Positions 18,900 through 27,694 of a stretch of 64,000 nucleotides of DNA are shown here, piece by piece; the stretch's first letter is position 1; every line of letters starts with the position of its first letter. Origin of the DNA: Vicinamibacterales bacterium (GTDB lineage: Bacteria > Acidobacteriota > Vicinamibacteria > Vicinamibacterales > UBA8438); assembly GCA_965197395.1 (NCBI GenBank), contig CBDANB010000007.1:1222986-1286985 (forward strand). Direction: 5' to 3'. A program made the position numbers and the translations under genes. The notes below the pieces were generated by a model, which ran no database searches, was not told the DNA's origin, and saw only the letters and a program-made list of their open reading frames with translations.

Positions 18900-20090
18900 A
18901 TGGCCACCGCGACACTCGACGTCTTGGGCATCCAGGACGCTCTACGCGATGACGGTCTCGATGGGTGGCTGCTGTACGACTTTCATGGGTCCAACCCCAT
19001 CGCACGTCGCGTCGTCGGGTTGGTGGGGAGCGAGAAGCTCACCACACGCGGGTGGTACTACCTGATTCGGGCCGATGGGGCGCCCCGCGCCCTGGTGCAT
19101 CGCATCGAGCGTGACAGCCTCGAACATCTGCCTGGCGAGCGCCATCTGTACGCGGGACGGGACGAGCTGGCAAGCGGACTCGACACGCTGCTCTCCGGCG
19201 TGAACCGCGTCGCGATGGAGTACTCACCGGCGTGCGCCATTCCCTACGTCTCTCGGGTTGACGCTGGCACGGTTGACCGAATCCGGGCGCTGGGCGCAAC
19301 CGTCGTCTCGTCCGGCGATCTTGTACAACGCTTCGAGGCGGTATGGGACACGGCGGCCCTCGAGAGCCACACCGACGCGTCCGCGCGTCTTCACCGCATC
19401 AAGGATCGCGCGTTCGCGAAGATTGGCGCGGATGTGGGGAATGGGACGCTCACGGAGCTCGCTGTCCAGCGTGCAATGGTTGGGTGGTTCGCCGACGAAG
19501 GGCTCGTCAGCGACTCGCCACCCGTCGTGGCCGCGCAGGAAAATAGTGGCAACCCCCACTATCTGCCAACTGCGACACGACACCGGGCCATCGGGACGGA
19601 CGAGCTCGTGCTGCTCGACCTGTGGGGCAAGCTCGACAGGCCGGGCGCCGTCTTCGCCGACATCACGTGGGTGGGGTACACCGGTCGGACGGTGCCGTCT
19701 GCATACGCGACACCGTTCGGCGTCGCGCGTGACGCGCGCGACGCCGCGGTTGCGCTGGTCCAGGATCGGGTGCGCGCCGGGCGATCGCTGTGCGGTTGGG
19801 AGGTCGATCGTGCGGCGCGGACGGTGATCGACGCCGCAGGCTACGGGGCCCAATTCGTGCACCGGACGGGGCACAGTCTTGGAGAAGCGGTGCACGGGAA
19901 CGGCGTCCATATGGATGACTTCGAGACCCACGACGACCGCCGGCTGCTGAACGGGACCGGCTTTACGATTGAGCCGGGAATCTACTTCGATGAATTCGGG
20001 GTCAGAACCGAGTTGAACATGTACGTGGGGCCAACCGAGGCAACGGTCACCGGGCCGATGCAGGCCCACGTCGTCTCGCTCTTGTCGTGA
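18900..20090 (+). CDS. M24-family metallopeptidase (Xaa-Pro aminopeptidase-like)
   Basis: 396 aa. It shows pita-bread-fold metal-ligand motifs (DLWG...DITWVG, HRTGHSLG, FTIEPG). Confidence 0.82.
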   Translation: MATATLDVLGIQDALRDDGLDGWLLYDFHGSNPIARRVVGLVGSEKLTTRGWYYLIRADGAPRALVHRIERDSLEHLPGERHLYAGRDELASGLDTLLSGVNRVAMEYSPACAIPYVSRVDAGTVDRIRALGATVVSSGDLVQRFEAVWDTAALESHTDASARLHRIKDRAFAKIGADVGNGTLTELAVQRAMVGWFADEGLVSDSPPVVAAQENSGNPHYLPTATRHRAIGTDELVLLDLWGKLDRPGAVFADITWVGYTGRTVPSAYATPFGVARDARDAAVALVQDRVRAGRSLCGWEVDRAARTVIDAAGYGAQFVHRTGHSLGEAVHGNGVHMDDFETHDDRRLLNGTGFTIEPGIYFDEFGVRTELNMYVGPTEATVTGPMQAHVVSLLS

Positions 20091-20168
20091 GGGGACTAGC
20101 CGTGGCGAAAGCGGTTGCGGTAACGTAGTACGTGTAGTCGTTCCGCTGGGATCTAGTTGGAGGAAGCG

Positions 20169-21677
20169 ATGTCGACACACAGGACCACGCTGTTTTCCGG
20201 AGTCTTGATCGTGGTGGCGTCGATGGCCATTGGCATGGTCATCGCGTCGCGATTCAACCTCACGCCGGCGTCCTCGGCCCAGGGCGTGCAGATCCCGGCG
20301 ATGAACAGTGCGCCGATTTCCGGCGACATCGGCGCGACGACGTTTCGCGACATCGCGCAGGCGCAGACCGCGATGGTGGTCAACATCCGCACCGAGTCGC
20401 AACAGACGACGAACCAGCTCAACGATTTCTTTGGCGGTGACGAGTTCTTCCGCCGTTTCTTTGGCCCCGGCCAGCCGCCACAACAGCGCCAGCCGCGGGA
20501 GGAGACCGTGCGGGCCGCCGGGACCGGCTTCGTCATCGACGACACCGGGCTCATCATGACCAACAACCACGTCGTCGCGGAGGCGACCAAGATCGAGATC
20601 GACTTCTTCGGCGATGAGGAGGGCGAGACGTTCGAGGCACGCGTCCTCGGCCGAGACCAGCTGACCGACACCGCCCTCCTCGAGCTGGTGGAGCATCCGA
20701 ACTGGGAGCTCCCGGTCGCACAATTCGGTGACTCCAGTCAGATGGCGCCCGGCGACTGGGTCATGGCCATCGGTAACCCGTTCAGCCTCGGCCACACCGT
20801 GACCGTCGGCGTCATCTCGGCCATCGGTCGACCGTTTCAGCCCGTCCGTGGTCGCGACACGGAGATGATCCAGACGGACGCCGCCATCAACCCGGGAAAT
20901 TCCGGTGGCCCGCTCCTGAACGTGCGGGGCGAAGTGATCGGGATGAACACTGCGATCGTCAGCGACCGGATGGCGAACGTCGGCATCGGCTTCGCCGTGC
21001 CAATCAACACGGTCCGCGAGCTGCTGGCCGAGCTCCGCACCGGCAAGGTGACGCGCGGAGTCATTGGCGTTGGGATTCAGAACGTCGATCGGGATGGATA
21101 CGAGGACCTCGGGCTCGACGAGCCGCGCGGCGCGGTGGTGTCACAGGTGAACGACGGCCAACCCGCCGACGATGCTGGTATGCAGCCGGGCGACGTCATC
21201 GTCGCCTTCAACGGCAGCCCTGTTGAGAACGTGGAGGACCTGCAAGGACGCGTGGTCGCGACCCGACCCGGCATGACCGTTCCGGTCGACGTCGTGCGCG
21301 CCGGCGAGCCGATGACGTTGCGCGTCACGATCGGCGAGCTCGATCTCGAGACTGAGGGACGCACCGTCGCGGACGCGGCCGAGGAGATCAGCGAGGGCTT
21401 TGGCATGACGCTGCAGGACCTGACGCCGCAAATCGCGTCGCGCCTCCGCCTGCCTGGTGACACGACCGGCGCGGTCGTGGTCGATGTCGCGCGCGGGAGC
21501 ACGGCAGCGTCGGTCGGCGTGCAGCCCGGCGACGTCATCGTCACCGTGAATCGGGTCGAGGTGGCGTCAGCGGCGGAAGCGACGGCCCAGCTCAACGGCG
21601 TTGCGTCCGGCCGCACCGCGTTCCTCCTGGTCCAGCGGGGCGAGACGAGGGTCTTCCTCCAGGTTCCCAAGGAATAA
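20169..21677 (+). CDS. htrA: HtrA/DegP-family serine protease with two PDZ domains
   Basis: The ATG at 20169 is preceded by GGAGGA; the track start at 20157 is a TTG. GTGFVID...TNNHVV and the catalytic GNSGGPLLN are present, with two PDZ-like repeats. Confidence 0.9.
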   Translation: MSTHRTTLFSGVLIVVASMAIGMVIASRFNLTPASSAQGVQIPAMNSAPISGDIGATTFRDIAQAQTAMVVNIRTESQQTTNQLNDFFGGDEFFRRFFGPGQPPQQRQPREETVRAAGTGFVIDDTGLIMTNNHVVAEATKIEIDFFGDEEGETFEARVLGRDQLTDTALLELVEHPNWELPVAQFGDSSQMAPGDWVMAIGNPFSLGHTVTVGVISAIGRPFQPVRGRDTEMIQTDAAINPGNSGGPLLNVRGEVIGMNTAIVSDRMANVGIGFAVPINTVRELLAELRTGKVTRGVIGVGIQNVDRDGYEDLGLDEPRGAVVSQVNDGQPADDAGMQPGDVIVAFNGSPVENVEDLQGRVVATRPGMTVPVDVVRAGEPMTLRVTIGELDLETEGRTVADAAEEISEGFGMTLQDLTPQIASRLRLPGDTTGAVVVDVARGSTAASVGVQPGDVIVTVNRVEVASAAEATAQLNGVASGRTAFLLVQRGETRVFLQVPKE

Positions 21678-21679
21678 CG

Positions 21680-22834
21680 TTGACGGTGCGCGACGTGATC
21701 GCGCAGCGGATCCGCGCGTCGGGTCCGCTGCCCTTCGCGTCGTACGCCGAGCTGGCGCTCTATCATCCGACGCTCGGCTACTACGCACACGCGGCCCAGC
21801 GTTCCGGTCGGGCCGTGGATTTCCACACCAGCGTCGACCTCGGCCCACTCTTTGGCGAGTTGCTGGCGTCCCAGTTCGCCGAGATGTGGCGACTGGTCAC
21901 TGCCGGGGCGCCGTCCCACACCACCTTCGATCTCGTCGAGGCAGCCGCCGGCAGCGGCCGGCTGGCGCGAGACATCCTCGACGCAGCCGCGGCCAGCGAC
22001 CCCGCGTTCTACGACGCCGTTCGGGTCCGGCTGGTCGACCGGAGTGCGGCGGCGAGAGACGCGCAGGCGGCGACGCTCGGCCCGCATGCCGCGAAGCTCG
22101 TCGCCTCGGACCCGGATCTCGCCGGCGAGACGACCGGCGTCATCTTCGCGAACGAGCTGCTCGACGCCTTCCCTCCCCACATCGTCGTCATGACGGACGA
22201 CGGTCTGCGAGAGGTCTACGTCGACCTCGCGAACCCCGGCGAGCAGTTGGTGGAGCGGCTCGGACCGCTCTCGAGCCCCGAGGTCGAAGCCCACATCGAT
22301 CGGTGGGAGATCCGGCTCGCGCCCGGCTGGCGCGCGGAGATCTCCCCCGCAACGGTAACGTGGGTACAACGCGCCGCCGACACGCTGGTGCGCGGGTTCC
22401 TCTTGCTCATCGACTACGGCCACGAAGCGGAGGAGCTCTATTCCGCCGCGCACGCGGCAGGCACGCTGACCACGTATCACCGGCACCGGGTCGACGTGAG
22501 CCCGGGCCCGGCCACCCCCGCGTGGCTCGTTGACCCCGGTGAGCGCGACATCACGACGCACGTCGATCTCACGGCGGTGCGGCGGACCGCCGAACGCGCG
22601 GGCTTGCAGACGATTGGTGTGCTCGACCAAACGTATTTTCTACTCGGCCTCGGCGCCGCGGCCAATCTCGCCGCCGCCGAGGACGACGGCGTCGCAGGGC
22701 TCAAGCGTCGGCTGGCGCTCAAATCGCTCCTCATTCCGGGCGGTCTCGGCAGCACGCATAAAGTGCTCGTCTTTGGCAAACAGGTCGGTGCGCCTCGACT
22801 CGCTGGGTGCAGCTACCCCGGCCGTCTGACGTGA
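21680..22834 (+). CDS. MidA/NDUFAF7-family SAM-dependent methyltransferase (DUF185)
   Basis: 384 aa. PLPFASYAELALYHP..GYY and ANELLDAFP are typical of the family. Confidence 0.82.
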   Translation: MTVRDVIAQRIRASGPLPFASYAELALYHPTLGYYAHAAQRSGRAVDFHTSVDLGPLFGELLASQFAEMWRLVTAGAPSHTTFDLVEAAAGSGRLARDILDAAAASDPAFYDAVRVRLVDRSAAARDAQAATLGPHAAKLVASDPDLAGETTGVIFANELLDAFPPHIVVMTDDGLREVYVDLANPGEQLVERLGPLSSPEVEAHIDRWEIRLAPGWRAEISPATVTWVQRAADTLVRGFLLLIDYGHEAEELYSAAHAAGTLTTYHRHRVDVSPGPATPAWLVDPGERDITTHVDLTAVRRTAERAGLQTIGVLDQTYFLLGLGAAANLAAAEDDGVAGLKRRLALKSLLIPGGLGSTHKVLVFGKQVGAPRLAGCSYPGRLT

Positions 22835-22846
22835 CCCAGCGCTGCC

Positions 22847-23476
22847 TTGGGTGAGCACGTGAGCTCTGAGGATAAGATGGCCACGGGGTCGCAAGTGCCG
22901 GACACGGTGGAGCGTGAGGTCAAGCTGGCGTTTGCGTCGGCTGATGAGGCGCGTGCAGCCGTCGCCGCGCTCGTCGCGTCGCCGGTGCGATCGCGCCGCA
23001 TCCAGGACGACCGTCTCCTGGACGCACCCGATGGCCGCCTGCGGAGCGCGGGCATCACGCTGCGCGTTCGTGTCGAGGGCGATCGCGACACGGCGACCGT
23101 GACGCTGAAGGGTCCGCCCAGGGCGGATCTGATGAAGGTGCGCGAGGAGCTCGAAACTGGCGTGGTCGACGGGATGTTGCTGCTACGCATGCTCGAGCGC
23201 CTCGGGTTCGTGATCTGGTTCCGGTATCAGAAGTTCCGCGAGGAGTTCGCACGTGACGGCGTGGTCATCGCGGTCGATGAAACGCCTTTTGCCACGTTTG
23301 TCGAGCTCGAGGGCGACCGCGGTGGAATCACCAGGCTTGCCGCCGCGCTCGGACGGACGCCGGATGACTACATCGTCGACTCGTATCGGCAGCTGTTCGT
23401 ACAGCACTGCCGCGCGCGCGGTCTGCCAGCAGCAGAGATGATGTTCTCCAAACCGCCCGAAGCCGTGCGTCGCTGA
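22847..23476 (+). CDS. CYTH-domain protein (class IV adenylate cyclase / triphosphatase family)
   Basis: It has the ExExK signature (EREVKL) near the N-terminus and a size consistent with the family. An ATG at 22877 is an alternative start. Confidence 0.72.
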   Translation: MGEHVSSEDKMATGSQVPDTVEREVKLAFASADEARAAVAALVASPVRSRRIQDDRLLDAPDGRLRSAGITLRVRVEGDRDTATVTLKGPPRADLMKVREELETGVVDGMLLLRMLERLGFVIWFRYQKFREEFARDGVVIAVDETPFATFVELEGDRGGITRLAAALGRTPDDYIVDSYRQLFVQHCRARGLPAAEMMFSKPPEAVRR

Positions 23477-23481
23477 GTGCG

Positions 23482-24474
23482 GTGAAGGCTCCGCTCCCGC
23501 CGGCGATCGTGCTTGCGGCCGGCATCGGTCGACGGCTCGCCCCGTTGACACGCACCCGAGCCAAGCCCGCGGTGCCGGTGGCCGGCACCCCGCTCATCCT
23601 TCGCGTGCTGGCATGGCTCGGCCGCGAGGGAGTGCGCGACGTTGTGCTCAACCTGCACCATCGGCCAGAGACGATTACCCGCGTGGTCGGCCACGGGGCG
23701 CGCGCGGGGGTCACCGTGCGCTACTCCTGGGAACCCGACATCCTCGGGTCGGCGGGCGGCCCGCGCCAGGCGCTGTCGTTGCTCGGCCCGCGCTTCTTCA
23801 TCGTCAACGGCGACACCCTCGTCGACCTGTCGCTCGACGCGCTTCGCGACGCCCACGAACGGACGGGCGCCGCCGTCACGCTCGCGGTCCGCCCCAACCC
23901 GGCGCCCGAACGCTACGGCGGCGTGCTCGTCGATGATCCGGATCGCGTGCACAGTTTCACCCGGCCCGGGCACGCGACCGCGGCGCTTTTCGTCGGCGTG
24001 CAGATGGCGGACGCGTCGGTGTTTGCCGATCTACCGGCGCGGCGCCCGGCATCGAGCGTCGGCGGCGTGTATGACGCGCTCATCGCCGATCAACCCGGCG
24101 CCGTGCGCGTCCACCCGGTCGCGACTCCCTTTCTGGACGTCGGCACCCCCGGTGATTACCTCAACGCGTGCCTCGCGCTCGCCGAGGTCGAGGCGCTCGA
24201 TCCGCTCCCCGCTGGAGACGGCTCGACCATTCACCCGAGCGCGTCGCTGACGCGGACGGCCGTCTGGGACCGCGTCGTGGTGGAGGAGCGATGTCGCGTG
24301 CACGACTGCGTCCTCGGCGACGGCGTTCGGCTGCCGGCCGGGTCGCGGCTCGAGCGACAGGTCGTGGTCAGGGCTGATGGCGCGGCACCGACGGCCGGCC
24401 AGCGGCGGCTTGGCGACCTCCTCGTGTCGCCGATCTGGCCCGAGCACTCCGGGAACCGGACCACACCCGCATGA
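23482..24474 (+). CDS. sugar-1-phosphate nucleotidyltransferase (MurU/GlmU-like N-domain plus C-terminal hexapeptide-repeat region)
   Basis: 330 aa. LAAGIGRRLAPLTRTRAKPAVPVAG is the NTP-transferase motif. The C-terminal third is beta-helix-like. Confidence 0.78.
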   Translation: MKAPLPPAIVLAAGIGRRLAPLTRTRAKPAVPVAGTPLILRVLAWLGREGVRDVVLNLHHRPETITRVVGHGARAGVTVRYSWEPDILGSAGGPRQALSLLGPRFFIVNGDTLVDLSLDALRDAHERTGAAVTLAVRPNPAPERYGGVLVDDPDRVHSFTRPGHATAALFVGVQMADASVFADLPARRPASSVGGVYDALIADQPGAVRVHPVATPFLDVGTPGDYLNACLALAEVEALDPLPAGDGSTIHPSASLTRTAVWDRVVVEERCRVHDCVLGDGVRLPAGSRLERQVVVRADGAAPTAGQRRLGDLLVSPIWPEHSGNRTTPA

Positions 24475-25493
24475 CGCACACGGACGCACCCCCCCCCGAT
24501 GTGCTCCGCCGCGCACGAGCATACGTCGCGCGCGCGGGCTGGCCGGTCAGCGACACCACGCTGGAGCTGCTGGCCGGCGACGCCTCATCGCGAGCCTTTG
24601 TTCGCGTGCGCCCGCCCCTGGTCGCCTCGCGCGTACTCATCGTCCACCCGGGGCCGATTGACGCCGCGACCGCCCCACTCGTGACGGTGGCGCGCCTATT
24701 CGAGTCGATGCGCATCGCCGTCCCGGCGGTCCTGGCCACGGACGACGGGCTCGGCGTGATCGTGGTCAGCGACCTGGGCGACGTGACGCTGGAAGCGCAT
24801 CTGCGTCACGCGTCCGCGGCGGAACGGATGGCTCGCTACGAGGAAGCCGTACGCATCATCTGCGGGCTGCAACACGAGGGAAACCGGTTGGCGTCCCCGC
24901 ACCATCCGCCGTACGACGTGGCCTTCGACGTGGAGAAGCTGAGTTGGGAGCTCGAGTTCTTCGTCGACGAGTTCCTCATCGGACACCGTGGCGTCGCGCT
25001 CAGCACCGCGGCGCGGGCGGCGCTGACCCGCGCGTTCCGTGCCCTCTCGATCACGCTGGCCGACGAACCGCGCGTCCTCTGCCACCGCGACTTCCACAGC
25101 CGGAATCTCATGCTGCACGACGGCCAACTGCACGTCATAGATTTCCAGGATGCGCGGATGGGACCCGCCACCTACGATCTGGTCTCGCTGCTCCGCGACT
25201 CCTACGTGGATCTCGACCCGGCGCTGGTCGAACACCTGATTGACCACTACGGCGCGATGGCGAGCACCGCGACATCCGCCGCCTTCCGCCGGCGATTCGA
25301 CCGCATGGCGGTGCAGCGCAACCTGAAGGCGCTTGGCACGTTCGGCCACCAAGTCATCGTGCGCGGCAACCAGCGCTATCTGGAGGGCGTGCCACGCACG
25401 CTGGGGTATCTGCGCGAGTGCTGCGCGCGCGATCAGGGTTTGTTCGGGCTCCGTGACCTGTTGGCGGCGTACCTCCCCGAACTCCGCTCGTAG
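24471..25493 (+). CDS. aminoglycoside-phosphotransferase-fold kinase, AmgK-like (anomeric MurNAc/GlcNAc kinase family)
   Basis: 340 aa. The start overlaps the upstream stop (ATGA). [13 protein letters not shown] and [21 protein letters not shown] are typical of the AmgK subgroup. Confidence 0.78.
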   Translation: MTHTDAPPPDVLRRARAYVARAGWPVSDTTLELLAGDASSRAFVRVRPPLVASRVLIVHPGPIDAATAPLVTVARLFESMRIAVPAVLATDDGLGVIVVSDLGDVTLEAHLRHASAAERMARYEEAVRIICGLQHEGNRLASPHHPPYDVAFDVEKLSWELEFFVDEFLIGHRGVALSTAARAALTRAFRALSITLADEPRVLCHRDFHSRNLMLHDGQLHVIDFQDARMGPATYDLVSLLRDSYVDLDPALVEHLIDHYGAMASTATSAAFRRRFDRMAVQRNLKALGTFGHQVIVRGNQRYLEGVPRTLGYLRECCARDQGLFGLRDLLAAYLPELRS

Positions 25494-25588
25494 TACGCTG
25501 CACTCTCAACGGGGAACGTAGGCCGCATCGTCTCCGGAACTGCGGACATCTGGACTCCGGAAACCGGGGAACCACGGGCACGAATCGC

Positions 25589-26890
25589 ATGACGGCAGTG
25601 ACCATCTACATCGAAGACGTCGCGCGGCACACCGGCCAGGTCGTGACCCTGCGTGGGTGGCTGCATCGACGGCGGTCGAGCGGCAAGATCCACTTTCTCA
25701 CCGTGCGCGATGGCACCGGGTTCATGCAGGCGGTGCTGTCGAAATCATCCGTCGACGGCGCGACGTTCGCGAGTGCGAGCCACCTCGGCCAGGAAACCTC
25801 GCTCGTCGTCAGCGGCACCGTCCGGGCCGACCAGCGGGCGCCGGGCGGGTACGAGCTCGATGTGGCCGCGCTCGAGGTCGTCGCCGAATCGCACGACTAC
25901 CCCATCACGCCCAAGGAGCACGGCGTCGACTACCTGCTCGACCGCCGCCATCTCTGGATTCGCACCGAGCGACAGCAAGCCATTCTGCGTGTGCGGCACG
26001 AGGTCATTGACGCCATCCGCGACTTCTTCAACCGCCGCGGCTTCATTCTGGCCGACACACCGATCTTCACCCCGGCGGCGTGCGAGGGCACCACGACGCT
26101 CTTCCCCGTCGCGTATTTCGACGACCGGACGGCCTTCCTCACGCAGAGCGGACAGCTCTACAACGAAGCGAACGCGATGGCGCTCGGGCGGGTCTATTGC
26201 TTCGGTCCGACGTTTCGCGCCGAGAAGTCGAAGACACGGCGCCACCTGACGGAATTCTGGATGGTCGAGCCCGAGATGGCGTACGCCACGCTGGACGACG
26301 CCACGGATCTCGCCGAGGCGCTGGTCGTTGCCATCGTCGGACGCGTGCTCGAAACTCGACGGCGGGAGCTCGAGGTCCTCGAGCGCGATACGGCCCCCCT
26401 CGAGGGAGTCCGAACGCCGTTTCCCCGTGTGAGCTACGACGAGGCGGCACAGATACTCCGGGACCGCGGTCTGCCGTTCGAATGGGGCGGCGATTTCGGC
26501 GGACCGGATGAAACTGCCCTAGCGGAGCACTTCGACCGGCCGGTCGCGGTGCATCGTTTCCCCAGCGCGATCAAGGCCTTCTACATGAAGCCGGACCCTG
26601 AGCGGCCGGAGCTGTCGCTATCGGTCGACGTGCTCGCACCGGAGGGTTACGGCGAGATCGTCGGCGGCGGTCAACGCCTCGACGATTACGACCTGCTCCT
26701 CGAGCGCATCACCGAACAGCAACTGCCGCGAGAAGCGTTCGAGTGGTATCTGGATCTGCGACGCTACGGAACCGTCCCGCACGCCGGGTTCGGCATGGGT
26801 GTCGAGCGAGTGGTGGCGTGGCTGTGCGGCATCGACCACGTGCGCGAGACGATTCCGTATCCGCGAATGCTCTATCGCCTCACACCATAG
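25589..26890 (+). CDS. asnS: asparagine--tRNA ligase
   Basis: 433 aa. [28 protein letters not shown] matches the AsnRS motif-2 region; compare E. coli [21 protein letters not shown]. Confidence 0.9.
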   Translation: MTAVTIYIEDVARHTGQVVTLRGWLHRRRSSGKIHFLTVRDGTGFMQAVLSKSSVDGATFASASHLGQETSLVVSGTVRADQRAPGGYELDVAALEVVAESHDYPITPKEHGVDYLLDRRHLWIRTERQQAILRVRHEVIDAIRDFFNRRGFILADTPIFTPAACEGTTTLFPVAYFDDRTAFLTQSGQLYNEANAMALGRVYCFGPTFRAEKSKTRRHLTEFWMVEPEMAYATLDDATDLAEALVVAIVGRVLETRRRELEVLERDTAPLEGVRTPFPRVSYDEAAQILRDRGLPFEWGGDFGGPDETALAEHFDRPVAVHRFPSAIKAFYMKPDPERPELSLSVDVLAPEGYGEIVGGGQRLDDYDLLLERITEQQLPREAFEWYLDLRRYGTVPHAGFGMGVERVVAWLCGIDHVRETIPYPRMLYRLTP

Positions 26891-26910
26891 CCGCCGCGCC
26901 TCTCCGGCCG

Positions 26911-26940
26911 TTGCCGGCGCGATTTCCCTCATGATATATT
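26911..26940 (+). promoter_or_regulatory. candidate sigma-70 promoter TTGCCG-N18-TATATT upstream of rimP
   Basis: Hexamers at 26911-26916 and 26935-26940, read directly from the sequence in an unusually AT-rich spot. Confidence 0.4.
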
Positions 26941-26970
26941 AAGGTGGGTACGTCGACGCCAAGTCCGCAG

Positions 26971-26999
26971 AAGTGGGCGCTTTTGCCCACTTTTTTTTT
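26971..26999 (+). terminator. Rho-independent terminator / possible leader attenuator
   Basis: AAGTGGGC-GCTTTT-GCCCACTT stem followed by a T9 run (26991-26999). It lies 80 nt after the asnS stop and 28 nt before the rimP start. Confidence 0.8.
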
Positions 27000-27026
27000 C
27001 GGGGCGTGATTCAGCGTGGTCAACCC

Positions 27027-27656
27027 GTGGGCCATGAAAACAGGTTGGACCAAGTTCGGGCGATCGCTCGCCGCGTCTCACGGGACTTCGGTCTCGAGAT
27101 CTTCGACGTGCAGTTGCGCCGCGAATCGATCGGTTGGGTCCTTCGCGTCGTCATCGATCGGCCTCCCCGAGCCACTGGGCCCGGCGCAGGCCGGCCTCCC
27201 CGAGCCACTGGGCCCGGCGCAGGCCGGCCTCCCCGAGCCACTGGGCCCGGCACAGGCGCGACCGGTCCCGGTGCCAGTGAGGCTGACGAGGTGAGCGTGG
27301 CCGACTGTCAGCGGGTGAGCAATGATGTCAGCGTCGTCCTCGACGCGGAGTTCACGTTCGAGCACGCCTACACGCTAGAAGTTTCATCACCGGGACTCGA
27401 TCGACCGCTGCGCCACCCAGGCGACTGCCGCCGCTTTCAAGGCCGCCGGGCTCAGTTCGTGACCTCCGAGGCCGTCGACGGGCAGCGCCACCTCGCTGGC
27501 CGCATCGCCGACGTGGAAGAGACCGCGACCTCGCCCGGGGTCGCACGTCCAGGCGTCATGCCCGGTGATGCAGCAATCGTGATCGAGGCGGGTCGGCGGG
27601 TGCATCGCATCCCCTGGGCGCTCGTGACCCGGGCTCGGCTCGAGGTGGAGTTCTAG
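27027..27656 (+). CDS. rimP: ribosome maturation factor RimP (with a repeat insertion)
   Basis: The track ORF begins at 26973, inside the terminator stem, so I prefer the GTG at 27027 (or 27006). FGLEIFDVQL...LEVSSPGLDRPL is typical RimP. Its position upstream of nusA-infB supports the call. Confidence 0.82.
   Translation: MGHENRLDQVRAIARRVSRDFGLEIFDVQLRRESIGWVLRVVIDRPPRATGPGAGRPPRATGPGAGRPPRATGPGTGATGPGASEADEVSVADCQRVSNDVSVVLDAEFTFEHAYTLEVSSPGLDRPLRHPGDCRRFQGRRAQFVTSEAVDGQRHLAGRIADVEETATSPGVARPGVMPGDAAIVIEAGRRVHRIPWALVTRARLEVEF
27161..27259 (+). repeat. in-frame tandem repeat, 3 x 33 bp, inside rimP
   Basis: The unit GCCTCCCCGAGCCACTGGGCCCGGCGCAGGCCG is identical in copies 1 and 2. Copy 3 differs near its 3' end. 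It encodes (PPRATGPGAGR)x3. Confidence 0.9.
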
Positions 27657-27694
27657 GCCCGGCCGCGCCGGACTATGCCAGCCGGAAAGACGTC

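Noticed and set aside
27161-27259. The 33-bp direct repeats could be mistaken for a mini CRISPR array.
   Set aside because: The units are contiguous with no spacers, lie in frame inside rimP, and no cas genes are nearby.
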